Shown here one piece after another: positions 13,051-25,256 of a stretch of DNA of 64,000 bases. Source of the stretch: Macrostomum lignano (lineage: Eukaryota); the NCBI GenBank assembly GCA_002269645.1, contig NIVC01000339.1, forward strand, positions 50,756 through 114,755. The letters run 5' to 3'. The notes under the pieces were generated by a model. It searched no databases. It was not told where the DNA came from and saw only the letters and a list, made by a program, of their open reading frames with translations. The number at the start of each line of letters is the position of its first letter. The stretch's first letter is position 1. Position numbers and translations under genes: made by a program.

Positions 13051-13835
13051 GAATACAGCTAAAGCAAAAAACTTGACCGCTCACAGAATTTGAACCGTAC
13101 AATTTAAATCAAATTATTCGGCGACTTATGGCTACCGAGAATATTCACGATGCAAATTTTATCGATCTACTTTGTCTCAATCTAGTTTTCTCAATATTTA
13201 TTCGTAATAAAGTAGGTGGTTAAAGAATGGGCTGTCATCATTTCAAATTATCGAGCTACCTCGTAGCTGACTGTCCCCTCCCATTGAGTCGCATATCCAC
13301 TTGAATATTTTATGAGGCCTACGAGCTAGCGAAATGCACTGCCCTGTTTTCAGCGAGAACATTTAGTGGGGTGGAGTGAAGGGAGAGAGGAAAAAGCAAG
13401 ACTAATCGCTGAGTCCGTAAGCGCTTAGCGGACTGAATCTGATGAAGTTGGACCCCGCTAAGCAGAAATCGGAGTCAAAGAGGGGAGCGAAGAATCAATA
13501 CGCTTGAGGCTCTGAGTCCCTGAATTCCCTCCCCTCCGCATTCTATCAGTCACGGAATATTCCAGATTGCACTTTTATAACTTTTGAGTGCGGCTTTCTT
13601 TAGATCTCAGGATCTGAGAATCGGTCGCATAACTGCCTTAATAAAGTTGATTGTCGATTTATTGTCCCCGGTTAATCGATTCTGCGGCTTGAACTTTAAA
13701 AGCTAAATTAATCTTCACATTTTGCAGAAAAATTATTTATCAACTTTGGGCTAGGCTGTGTTTATGCCACTGTTGATAGAAAACTTGTAAAGGAGGTCAC
13801 CCTGAAGGATCTCTGGGGTAGCAGGGGTAGCAGCG

Positions 13836-16750
13836 TTCTGAAGGATCATAGATGAGGTGTAGCCCCGCTCTGAAGGATCATAGATGAGGTGTAGCCCCGC
13901 TCTGAAGGATCATAGATGAGGTGTAGCCCCGCTCTGAAGGATCATAGATGAGGGGTAGCCCCGCTCTGAAGGATCATAGATGAGGTGTAGCCCCGCTCTG
14001 AAGGATCATAGATGAGGTGTAGCCCCGCTCTGAAGGATCATAGATGAGGGGTAGCCCCGCTCTGAAGGATCATAGATGAGGTGTAGCCCCGCTCTGAAGG
14101 ATCATAGATGAGGGGTAGCCCCGCTCTGAAGGATCATAGACGAGGTGTAGCCCCGCTCTGAAGGATCATAGATGAGGTGTAGCGGCCCCCTGAAGGATCA
14201 TAGATGAGGGATAGCCCCGCTCTGAAGGATCATAGATGAGGTGTAGCCCCGCTCTGAAGGATCATAGATGAGGGGTAGCCCCGCTCTGAAGGATCATAGA
14301 TGAGGTGTAGCCCCGCTCTGAAGGATCATAGATGAGGTGTAGCGGCCCCCTGAAGGATCATAGATGAGGGGTAGCCCCGCTCTGAAGGATCATAGATGAG
14401 GGGTAGCCCCGCTCTGAAGGATCATAGATGAGGTGTAGCCCCACTCTGAAGGATCATAGATGAGGGGTAGCCCCGCTCTGAAGGATCATAGATGAGGTGT
14501 AGCCCCGCTCTGAAGGATCATAGATGAGGTGTAGCCCCGCTCTGAAGGATCATAGATGAGGTGTAGCCCCGCTCTGAAGGATCATAGATGAGGTGTAGCC
14601 CCGCTCTGAAGGATCATAGATGAGGTGTAGCCCCACTCTGAAGGATCATAGATGAGGGGTAGCCCCACTCTGAAGGATCATAGATGAGGGGTAGCCCCGC
14701 TCTGAAGGATCATAGATGAGGTGTAGCCCCGCTCTGAAGGATCATAGATGAGGTGTAGCCCCGCTCTGAAGGATCATAGATGAGGTGTAGCCCCGCTCTG
14801 AAGGATCATAGATGAGGTGTAGCCCCGCTCTGAAGGATCATAGATGAGGTGTAGCCCCGCTCTGAAGGATCATAGATGAGGGGTAGCCCCGCTCTGAAGG
14901 ATCATAGATGAGGAGTAGCCCCGCTCTGAAGGATCATAGATGAGGGGTAGCCCCGCTCTGAAGGATCATAGATGAGGTGTAGCCCCGCTCTGAAGGATCA
15001 TAGATGAGGTGTAGCCCCGCTCTGAAGGATCATAGATGAGGGGTAGCCCCGCTCTGAAGGATCATAGATGAGGAGTAGCCCCGCTCTGAAGGATCATAGA
15101 TGAGGGGTAGCCCCGCTCTGAAGGATCATAGATGAGGGGTAGCCCCGCTCTGAAGGATCATAGATGAGGTGTAGCCCCGCTCTGAAGGATCATAGATGAG
15201 GGGTAGCCCCGCTCTGAAGGATCATAGATGAGGTGTAGCCCCGCTCTGAAGGATCATAGATGAGGTGTAGCGGCCCCCTGAAGGATCATAGATGAGGGGT
15301 AGCCCCGCTCTGAAGGATCATAGATGAGGTGTAGCCCCGCTCTGAAGGATCATAGATGAGGGGTAGCCCCGCTCTGAAGGATCATAGATGAGGGGTAGCC
15401 CCGCTCTGAAGGATCATAGATGAGGTGTAGCGGCCCCCTGAAGGATCATAGATGAGGGGTAGCCCCACTCTGAAGGATCATAGATGAGGGGTAGCCCCGC
15501 TCTGAAGGATCATAGATGAGGTGTAGCCCCACTCTGAAGGATCATAGATGAGGGGTAGCCCCGCTCTGAAGGATCATAGATGAGGTTTAGCCCCGCTCTG
15601 AAGGATCATAGATGAGGTGTAGCCCCGCTCTGAAGGATCATAGATGAGGTGTAGCCCCGCTCTGAAGGATCATAGATGAGGTGTAGCCCCGCTCTGAAGG
15701 ATCATAGATGAGGTGTAGCCCCACTCTGAAGGATCATAGATGAGGGGTAGCCCCACTCTGAAGGATCATAGATGAGGGGTAGCCCCGCTCTGAAGGATCA
15801 TAGATGAGGTGTAGCCCCGCTCTGAAGGATCATAGATGAGGTGTAGCCCCGCTCTGAAGGATCATAGATGAGGTGTAGCCCCGCTCTGAAGGATCATAGA
15901 TGAGGTGTAGCCCCGCTCTGAAGGATCATAGATGAGGTGTAGCCCCGCTCTGAAGGATCATAGATGAGGGGTAGCCCCGCTCTGAAGGATCATAGATGAG
16001 GAGTAGCCCCGCTCTGAAGGATCATAGATGAGGTGTAGCCCCGCTCTGAAGGATCATAGATGAGGGGTAGCCCCGCTCTGAAGGATCATAGATGAGGTGT
16101 AGCCCGCTCTGAAGGATCATAGATGAGGTGTAGCCCCGCTCTGAAGGATCATAGATGAGGGGTAGCCCCGCTCTGAAGGATCATAGATGAGGTGTAGCCC
16201 CGCTCTGAAGGATCATAGATGAGGTGTAGCCCCGCTCTGAAGGATCATAGATGAGGGGTAGCCCGCTCTGAAGGATCATAGATGAGGTGTAGCCCCGCTC
16301 TGAAGGATCATAGATGAGGTGTAGCGGCCCCCTGAAGGATCATAGATGAGGTGTAGCCCCACTCTGAAGGATCATAGATGAGGTGTAGCCCCGCTCTGAA
16401 GGATCATAGATGAGGTGTAGCCCCGCTCTGAAGGATCATAGATGAGGGTAGCCCCGCTCTGAAGGATCATAGATGAGGTGTAGCCCCGCTCTGAAGGATC
16501 ATAGATGAGGTGTAGCCCCGCTCTGAAGGATCATAGATGAGGAGTAGCCCCGCTCTGAAGGATCATAGATGAGGTGTAGCCCCGCTCTGAAGGATCATAG
16601 ATGAGGGGTAGCCCCGCTCTGAAGGATCATAGATGAGGTGTAGCGGCCCCCTGAAGGATCATAGATGAGGAGTAGCAGCGCCCTGAAGGATCATAGATGA
16701 GGGGTAGCGGCCCCCTGAAGGATCATAGATGAGGAGTAGCAGCGCCCTGT
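13836..16750. repeat. 32-bp satellite (TCTGAAGGATCATAGATGAGGTGTAGCCCCGC), ~90 copies
   Basis: Constant 32-bp period with a few recurring variants. Confidence 0.96.
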
Positions 16751-18059
16751 AGGATAATGAGATGAGGAGAAGTAGAGGATAAAAAGCAAATGATAGAAAG
16801 TCAACAGTCTCACAATGAAGCCCAGACCCCCAGACTCCCTCTTACAGCTGCATCCAATGGTCCGTGACTTTTGCTCAGTTTTCGGCTACCAATTAGAAAC
16901 AATTTAGCTCTCAGTCGTGCCGGCATCCGACTGTTGACTCAAATAACAAGCAAAAAACAAAAATCCCACCGCTACTTGCGCGGCTCCTCTTTGATCCACA
17001 GTTCCTCTGTTTTCTGAAAAAATTATTTTCCCTATAATTTCTCTGCCAATGCCGCTTGCAGCCTCCCAGGCTGGCTTCATCAATCAGGGATGCAAGAAAG
17101 GTAACAATTTTCTGCAGATGAATAATCGATATCTGCTTTGAGTCGGTCTCTGCTGTTTGAGATGGGGGGGGGGCATTTTCGCCCAGCAAGATCTGTCTTG
17201 TTCCTGGGACTTTGGAAACATATGCCATTTTTCTCGGCTTGAAGAAGCAAGATAAATTGGCACCAATTATCACCTTGCGCTGGCGGACCCACTGCTTCAA
17301 GAAGCGCAAATTCATGGTTCTCAAAATCGCAACCCATAGTTAAAACAGACCATTGAGTCTGTAAGGTCTGTGCGCTGCTCAAAGTGATGCAGCTGCCTGC
17401 TGGCCTGCCTCCCACTTAGTCCTCAAGCGGATGTCACTCAGATCGGTTGGTTTGCTGAATCCCCCCTGGGGAGAGACTCCATCATGGATCTGAGGGCCTG
17501 CAGCCTCACTCAAATGCGGATTCGACAAAACGGGGGTCGAATATTAGACAGTCTGCCGGGCCAGAGCGGGGGGCGGCAATTAATCCGATGGGGTGCATGC
17601 AAATTTGTAACCTGAGGTTGAGGCTCAGCCTGAGTAGCTGAGTGATGACGGAAACTGGGAAGAGCAGGGGTGTCAGCGGGTGCGGTTCTGCGGCTTTCTC
17701 ATTAAAATGCGGAATGTCTTTGGCTTCCCAGCATGCCATGCAGCTAAATAGTTACTGGGTCAGCGCCAGTCCTCCCTGTTCTCAGTGCGACTGGCTGCCA
17801 ATCAGATTACTTTGAAAACCTGAGCAGGCTTTGGGAGGATATTAAGCAATCTTATCTGGACAATGTCAAGACTGAAGCATTGCTGCTCTTATCGGACACT
17901 ACATCCTGCTGGGTTGCCTGCATTCTAAAGTGCGCCAAAATACTGGACAGACTTTGAGTCTGCTCCCGGGGAATTTCGATAGATGAGTGAGCATAGCGAC
18001 TGACATCTGCTTGCACTTTTTAGCCCGACTTTTAGCCCCAACCTCTATGAGTTTAGTAT

Positions 18060-18600
18060 GAACCCCCATCTCTATGATACCCCAATCTATATGAACCCCA
18101 ATCCCTATGATCCCCAATCTCTATGATCCCCAATCTATATGATCCCCAATCTCTATGAACCCAATCTCTATGATCCCCAATCTCTATGATCCCCAATATC
18201 TATGATCCCCAATCTCTATGATCCCCAATCTCTATGATACCTAATCTCTATGATCCCCAATCTCATGATCCCCAATCTCTATGATAGCATAATACTCCAA
18301 TCGATATGATCCCCAATCTCTATGAACCCAATCTCCATGATCCCCAATCTCTATGATCCCCAATCTATATGAACCCAATCTCTATGATACCCCAAACTCT
18401 ATGATCCCCAATCTCTATGAACCCAGTCTCTATGATACCCCAATCTCTATGAACCCAATCTCTATGATCCTACAAACCCCAAACTACACAAACCCCAAAC
18501 TACACAAACCCCAAACTACACAAACCCCAAACTACACAAACCCCAAACTACACAAACCCCAAACTACACAAACCCCAAACTACACAAACCCCAAACAGTA
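18060..18600. repeat. Two adjoining 16-bp arrays (CTCTATGATCCCCAAT, then ACAAACCCCAAACTAC)
   Basis: The unit switches near 18470. Confidence 0.9.
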
Positions 18601-19721
18601 CACTCAACCAGCCTGAGAAATTCCCCCAAAAAGTGCTATTGGTGTATCAATATTCCACAGAACTCCATAGTTAATCTCAAAGCAATGGAGCTCAGAGCAA
18701 TAAAAATGGTTTTCTGTTTATTTCATCTCATGCTAATGCCCAAACACTATGTGATATTCGTATGCAGAATTTCTACTCAGCTTTTTCACCTGGCCTAAAC
18801 TCGTATGTTGCTCCTGAGCATCATACAGAATGGGGAAAAAAGGTGCTCGGGCAGAAATATTTCTGCCTCAATTTATTGATGGCCTGGCCAGGCGCTGGAA
18901 GCGGGCCAGCAATGTGCGCCAGGCGGCCGCTTTCCCAGTTCCCTGCTTTCACCTCTCACGCGGCTATCCCGTTCCCAACGCATTTTTCTCCCAAACCGTC
19001 CCCCATCGCCCCCGGTGAAAAGTTCTTCCCATTCCTTCTGGGCCGAGGATCCTAAAAAAGCCATCGGGGCTATTAGTTTCCATTGGGATAAGTTTCCCAA
19101 CCCTGATCCTACAGCAGAACAGCTACCGTAGGGCAGAAGCTTACTCAGCAAACCTTACCTTTAGAACCACCTTCTTCCAGTGCAGCTGCATGACTGACTC
19201 AATTTAGGGAATCGAGTTGCCCGGGGGGATTAATTCAGTTAATCTATCAGTTTCAGCTGCAGCTCGGGGGGGGGGCGCAGCGGTGGAAGAAGACGACGGC
19301 TCGATGAAAGCGGCGCGCACCGCAGGGTCAACAAATATGTGCGGCACGGCAGGGCGGACCCTCCAACCGCCCGCTCGGAGTGTCGCCCCGGCCCTGCATG
19401 TTACACTGAAAAGTTAAAAGTGCAATCGGTTCGTTCGGTCTCCCCCCCCAGGTGAGGGCATCGCTTTCCCATCCGTCAGAGAAATGCAAGCAGCAAAGCC
19501 GTTTTTGCTTCGCATTTTCGCTGGGGACAGCAGAGTTGAGCCATAATAACTGTTCAAGTCCCGCCTCCCGCAACGCAACACACGTGAGTGCCGATCCAAA
19601 GTTGATGCAGCTCGCGGAGAGGCTGCAACTTTATTGCCCAAGTCCCGTTTGTGCCCGCTGTTGCCAAACATTGGAACTGAAGCTGAAGAGGGACTTAAAA
19701 ATGAAATAAGTATCTGAAATA

Positions 19722-20910
19722 AACAGAGGAGAGAAGGGGAGAAGAGAGAAGGGGAGAAGAAAGAAGGGGAGAAAAGAGAAGGGGAGAGGAGAGAAGGGGA
19801 GAAGAGAGAAGGGGAGAAGAAAGAAGGGGAGAGGAGAGACGGGGAGAGGAGAGAAGGGGAGAGGAGAGAAGGGGAGAAGAGAGAAGGGGAGAGGGGAGAA
19901 GGGGAGAGGAGAGAAGGGGAGAGGAGAGAAGGGGAGAGGAGAGAAGGGGAGAGGGGAGAAGGGGAGAGGGAGAAGGGGAGAGGAGAGAAGGGGAGAAGAG
20001 AGAAGGGGAGAGGGGAGAAGGGGAGAGGGGAGAAGGGGAGAGGAGAGAAGGGGAGAAGAGAGAAGGGGAGAGGGGAGAAGGGGAGAGGAGAGAAGGGGAG
20101 AGGAGAGAAGGGGAGAGGAGAGAAGGGGAGAGGAGAGAAGGGGAGAAAAGAGAAGGGGAGAGGAGAGAAGGGGAGAGGAGAGAAGGGGAGAAGAGAGAAG
20201 GGGAGAAGAAAGAAGGGGAGAAAAGAGAAGGGGAGAGGAGAGAAGGGGAGAGGGGAGAAGGGGAGAAGAGAGAAGGGGAGAAAAGAGAAGGGGAGAGGAG
20301 AGAAGGGGAGAGGGGAGAAGGGGAGAGGGGAGAAGGGGAGAGGAGAGAAGGGGAGAGGAGAGAAGGGGAGAGGGGAGAAGGGGAGAGGAAAGAAGGGGAG
20401 AGGAGAGAAGGGGAGAAGAGAGAAGGGGAGAGGGGAGAAGGGGAGAGGAGAGAAGGGGAGAGGGGAGAAGGGGAGAGGAGAGAAGGGGAGAGGGGAGAAG
20501 GGGAGAGGAGAGAAGGGGAGAGGAGAGAAGGGGAGAGGAGAGAAGGGGAGAGGAGAGAAGGGGAGAGGAGAGAAGGGGAGAGGGGAGAAGGGGAGAGGAG
20601 AGAAGGGGAGAAGAGAGGAGGGGAGAGGAGAGAAGGGGAGAAGAGAGAAGGGGAGAGGAGAGAAGGGGAGAGGGGAGAAGGGGAGAGGAGAGAAGGGGAG
20701 AGGAGAGAAGTGGAGAGGAGAGAAGGGGAGAGGAGAGAAGGGGAGAGGGAGAAGGGGAGAGGAGAGAAGGGAGAGGAGAGAAGGGGAGAAGAGAGAAGGG
20801 GAGAGGGAGAAGGGGAGAGGAGAGAAGGGGAGAGGAGAGAAGGGAGAGGAGAGAAGGGGAGAGGAGAGAAGGGGAGAGGGGAGAAGGGGAGAGGAGAGAA
20901 GGGGAGAGAG
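19722..20910. repeat. 15-bp polypurine array (GGGGAGAGGAGAGAA)
   Basis: Almost pure A/G tract of about 1.2 kb. Confidence 0.95.
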
Positions 20911-21729
20911 CCCGATAAGGTCTAGCTGGTGAAAGTGAAGCAGTGCAGCAGCATCCCCAAAGGATGCCCAGTTCTGATGGATTCACCTTCGTGAGCCCGA
21001 AAGCCGCCCTCTCTTGTTGTGTCCCCTGGAACCGGTTCGCACTGTGTCCCGGGATTTTCGCAAAAACGCCATAAACTGCGGCAGCTTTGATCTTAGATAG
21101 CGAAGCGGCATTGTATCGGATTAATTAATTAAGCGTGGTAAAAAATACCGAGCGCTGCGGTGCTCCAGTGATGGATCTGCTGGTTATATCAATACATTGT
21201 TTAACTTTTCCATTTATTTAGAATGATAGCGAGATATGCCTGGGGTGGGGGCAGCAGTCACCCAGTTCATGCGCACACAGACAGGCAGGGGAGAGTCCTT
21301 GTCACTCAGGCTGCTCCAGGCTAAAGCCGGAGACCGCGGGGCCCTGGAATGTGAGCGACTGGACAACAGTGCGGGCTGCTAGAGTGGGGATGGCTTAGTG
21401 CTCTCTCATGCCGCATCCTCAAAATCAGGTAGATGTACATATCGGACGGCTGTTTCACCTCGGACAGCTCAAGTAAAACTTTTCCATCTTTGAAAACATA
21501 TAATAATAACTTCCCAAGCTCGCTAGTCCTTGAATAGCACTGCATTGCCTCTAGCGCCGACAAGTTAAGCTTATCTGACAGAGGTTAGTACGCAGCCGGA
21601 TAGACTGCCACCGTGAACTACATGAAATGGCTTTGAAGTGCCAGAGTCCCCTCTACTTGAGCTGTCCGAGTGGGTGATATACGCTTGGGGGCACCAGACC
21701 CCTGTCTGTCACTCAGCCTCCCCTGTCTG

Positions 21730-22845
21730 TCACTCAGCCTCATTCTTCAACTCCACGGGCAGCAGCGGCAGCTCTCGACTGCCCGCCATCGCCGCGTCGT
21801 TACTCCGACGCTGCTGCAGCTGCTGGAGCTGCTGCTGCTGACGAGCCCGACGTTCGCCGCTATTAACGTTGGAGCACTCCGGCGTCACCATCGTGTGGAA
21901 GCTGGTGCGGAACTTCCTGTCAATGGGCAGGTAGATGAGGAAATTCACCGCGTTGTTGGTGTAAGACAGCATCATCAGGGCGTTGTTGAGAAGGAAGCTG
22001 CTCCGGCTGGTGGAGTAGTTGATGAAGGAGTGCGAGAACAGGTAGATCGCGCTGGGCAGGCTCGTGACCAGGTGGACGGTGCCGCTGACCAGAGCCACCT
22101 TGGCCACTGCCAGCTGCTTCTGCCTGCCGTCCTGGCTGCGCTTCCTGGTCTGAGCGGCCACGGTCACCGCCGCTTCGCTTCTGGCCTCGCCGGCCGCCCT
22201 GGACATGGCCCTGGCGTGCTTCCGCAGGCAGCAGAAGATCGCCACGTTGAAGATGAGCAGCAGCGAGTCCGGCAGGGCGAAGTTTAGCAGGCTGTCAACG
22301 ATGACGTAGTACTTGAAGAACTCGTTGTTGTACATGCAGCGCGGCTGGCCGGGCGGGGCCGTGGCGTTCCACGTGTGAGAGCGGACCAGCGGCACGTCCT
22401 TGACGCACAGCACGGCCAGCATCGCCAGCAGCACCTTCAGGACGTTGGCTTTGGTCATGAGCAGGCGCGACCGGATGGGGTAGGTCACGGCCAGGAACCG
22501 GTCCAGCACGATCAGCACCAGCACCCAGATGGCCGAGTCGACGCACAGGTACGTCAGCGGTACGTGGGCAACGCAGACGGCAAAGCTCAGGTCCCGGATG
22601 TCCATGCTGAGGGTCTGCTGGATCCAGTAGCGAGTCACCGCCACGAGCAGCACGGAGCTGTCGGCGATCTGCAGCACAATGAGCAGCAGGTGGGTGCTCT
22701 CCTTGAACACGTCCGAGTTCCAGAAGATCTTCAGGCTGAGCATGTTGCCCACGGTGCCGAAGAAGACGATGACGGCTCCGTAGACGGAGACGCCGATGTT
22801 CACCGGGAAGATCTGGCTGGGCTGCTCCGGGCTACTTGAGTTCAT
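21730..22845 (-). CDS. Intronless rhodopsin-family (class A) GPCR, peptide/FMRFamide-receptor-like, 371 aa
   Basis: Seven hydrophobic segments with GN in TM1, LxxxD in TM2, DRF after TM3, an extracellular loop Cys, and NNAVNFLIY in TM7. Strong GC3 coding bias. Confidence 0.92.
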   Translation of the reverse strand: MNSSSPEQPSQIFPVNIGVSVYGAVIVFFGTVGNMLSLKIFWNSDVFKESTHLLLIVLQIADSSVLLVAVTRYWIQQTLSMDIRDLSFAVCVAHVPLTYLCVDSAIWVLVLIVLDRFLAVTYPIRSRLLMTKANVLKVLLAMLAVLCVKDVPLVRSHTWNATAPPGQPRCMYNNEFFKYYVIVDSLLNFALPDSLLLIFNVAIFCCLRKHARAMSRAAGEARSEAAVTVAAQTRKRSQDGRQKQLAVAKVALVSGTVHLVTSLPSAIYLFSHSFINYSTSRSSFLLNNALMMLSYTNNAVNFLIYLPIDRKFRTSFHTMVTPECSNVNSGERRARQQQQLQQLQQRRSNDAAMAGSRELPLLPVELKNEAE

Positions 22846-23519
22846 GATGATGTCGATTGTCTTCTTCTTTGGCGATCTGTTGTTCGGGGTGTTTCAGTCG
22901 AATGGCGTAGCTGGGTGGCTGCCCCTGGTCTTTAGTGCTTTATAAGCTCGATAGGTTTTCCAGCCGGCCTCTGATTGGCTGCGAGTCTCTGCAGCCCAGT
23001 CTCCCTTTGCCGGGAGATTAAATCTTGGGACAAGACAGAGACGGCAGCTGCCGCTTCTTTTGGGGTAATTAACGGCTGAGCTCGAGAAGCTTTTGTCTCC
23101 TCTGCCGCCCCTTTGTCGACAACTCTTGTTGGTAGCTCTTAGATTGCTAATCCTCTTTGCTGTCTCCTAGTAGGCCCTCTGATAAGCGCTATTCCCGATC
23201 TGCACTCGTTCTGGGGAGTCTTAATCTCTTGCAAGCTTTAATCTCGGCATTTCACATCGGGTTTCGGTTTAAACAATGTCTGGCTTGCAGACGTTGGAAA
23301 TTTTTCTTCATCGTCGCCTTAACCCCCTCCAAATCTTGGAGAAAATTCATTTAAGATGAAGATATCGAGATTGGCGCTTTGAGATTTAATCAAAGTGCTT
23401 TAATTTGAAAATTTCTTTCAAAGATAAAAATCCTTTGACAAATCTTGCCCTTTTCTGTTGTGATAGAGCTGTGTTCTTGTTTCTTCATCTTCCATATTAA
23501 TCTTTCTGTCTGTCTCCTT

Positions 23520-24248
23520 CCACTCTCCTCCTCCCCTCTCATCCCCATCTCCTCCTTCCCCTCTCTTCCTTTCCCCTCTCCTCCTTTCCCCTCTCCTCCT
23601 TTCCCCTCTCCTCCTTTCCCCTCTCCTCCTTTCCCCTCTCCTCCTTTCCCCTCTCCTCCTTCCCCTCTCCTCCTTTCCCCTCTCTTCCTTTCCCCTCTCC
23701 TCCTTTCCCCTCTCCTCCTTTCCCCTCTCCTCCTTTCCCCTCTCCTCCTTTCCCCTCTCCTCCTTTCCCCTCTCCTCCTTTCCCCTCTCCTCCTTCCCCT
23801 CTCCTCCTTCCCCTCTCCTCCTTTCCCCTCTCTTCCTTTCCCCTCTCCTCCTTTCCCCTCTCCTCCTTCCCCCTCTCCTCCTTCCCTCTCCTCCTTCCCC
23901 CTCTCCTCCTTCCCCCTCGCCTCCTTCCCTCTCCTCCTTCCCCCTCTCCTCCTTCCCTCTCCTCCTTCCCCCTCTCCTCCTTCCCTCTCCTCCTTTCCCC
24001 TCTCCTCCTTCCCCCTCTCCTCCTTCCCTCTCCTCCTTCCCCTCTCCTCCTTCCCTCTCCTCCTTCCCCTCTCCTCCTTCCCTCTCCTCCTTCCCCTCTC
24101 CTCCTTCCCTCTCCTCCTTCCCCCTCTCCTCCTTCCCTCTCCTCCTCCCCCTCTCCTCCTTCCCTCTCCTCCTTCCCCCTCTCCTCCTTCCCTCTCCTCC
24201 TTCCCTCTCCTCCTTCCCCCTCTCCTCCTTCCCTCTCCTCCTTCCCTA
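23520..24248. repeat. ~15-bp polypyrimidine array (TCTCCTCCTTTCCCC)
   Basis: Almost pure C/T tract of about 0.7 kb. Confidence 0.95.
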
Positions 24249-24784
24249 TCACCCACCCAATGTCTGTGTCAATACAAGGAATGCGATGACCCAAGCAAGG
24301 AAACGAAACGGCAGTCTTGAATGAAAAGATTTTTTAATTTACAAAACTTGGCTACAGTTCAATGCCTTTCTTCTCGTCTTGAACGATAAAATTTCAATAA
24401 CTTTTGTAGGATAAAAATTCAAACTGCAAGTACGCAATTCGAGCGAGAAGATAGTCAATATTTTTACTTGAGCATTTCATCAGCGTTTTAATGCTTTATA
24501 GTTTGATGTGTATTTACGTATTTATTAGAATTGTAGCGAAGCCAATATGCATGGAATAGCAATAAGCGAAATATGAAGCATTGAAAAATGAAATACGCTA
24601 AAAAGCGTAAAAATGAATTAGCCGAAAATAATACACATAGATGCGGTTCTGGGTTATTAAGGTTAACCGTCAAGTCTCCCAGAGGGAGGCCACGGAGAGC
24701 AAAACAACAGGATTAAATCCAGTCAAATGGTATTGAGACTTTGCTTGTACAGTTAAGGCCATGCAGACCCTCTCCTGTGCAGCT

Positions 24785-25256
24785 GAGGCATGCCCTTCAT
24801 TCCACTCGTCACTCTCCCCATCACTCTACTCATCACTCTCCCCATCACTCTATCGATCACTCTACCCATCACTCTACCCATCACTCTACTCATCACTCTC
24901 CCTATCACTCTCCCCATCACTCTACTCATCCCTCTACCCATCACTCTATCGATCACTCTACCCGTCACTCTACTCATCCCTCTACCCATCACTCTATCGA
25001 TCACTCTACCCATCACTCTACCCATCACTCTACTCATCACTCTCCCCATCACTCTACCCGTCACTCTACCCATCACTCTATCGATCACTCTACCCATCAC
25101 TCTACCCATCACTCTCCCCATCACTCTCCCCATCACTCTACCCGTCACTCTACTCATCACTCTACTCATCACTCTACTCATCCCTCTACCCATCACTCTA
25201 TCGATCACTCTACCCATCACTCTACCCGTCACTCTACCCGTCACTACCCATCACTC
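24785..25256. repeat. 12/16-bp tandem repeat (CCCATCACTCTA) at the ETS 3' end
   Basis: The array overlaps the ETS stop codon. Confidence 0.92.

Noticed and set aside
13405-13470. Hammerhead-like CTGA-GTCCG..CGGAC-TGAA hairpin and nearby CTGATGA
   Set aside because: The CUGANGA and GAAA core is not correctly formed around stem II. Only a 23-bp imperfect palindrome (13412-13434) is supported.
16911-19200. Short minus-strand ORFs and scattered donor sites as a gene
   Set aside because: No recognisable domain and no phase-consistent exon chain.
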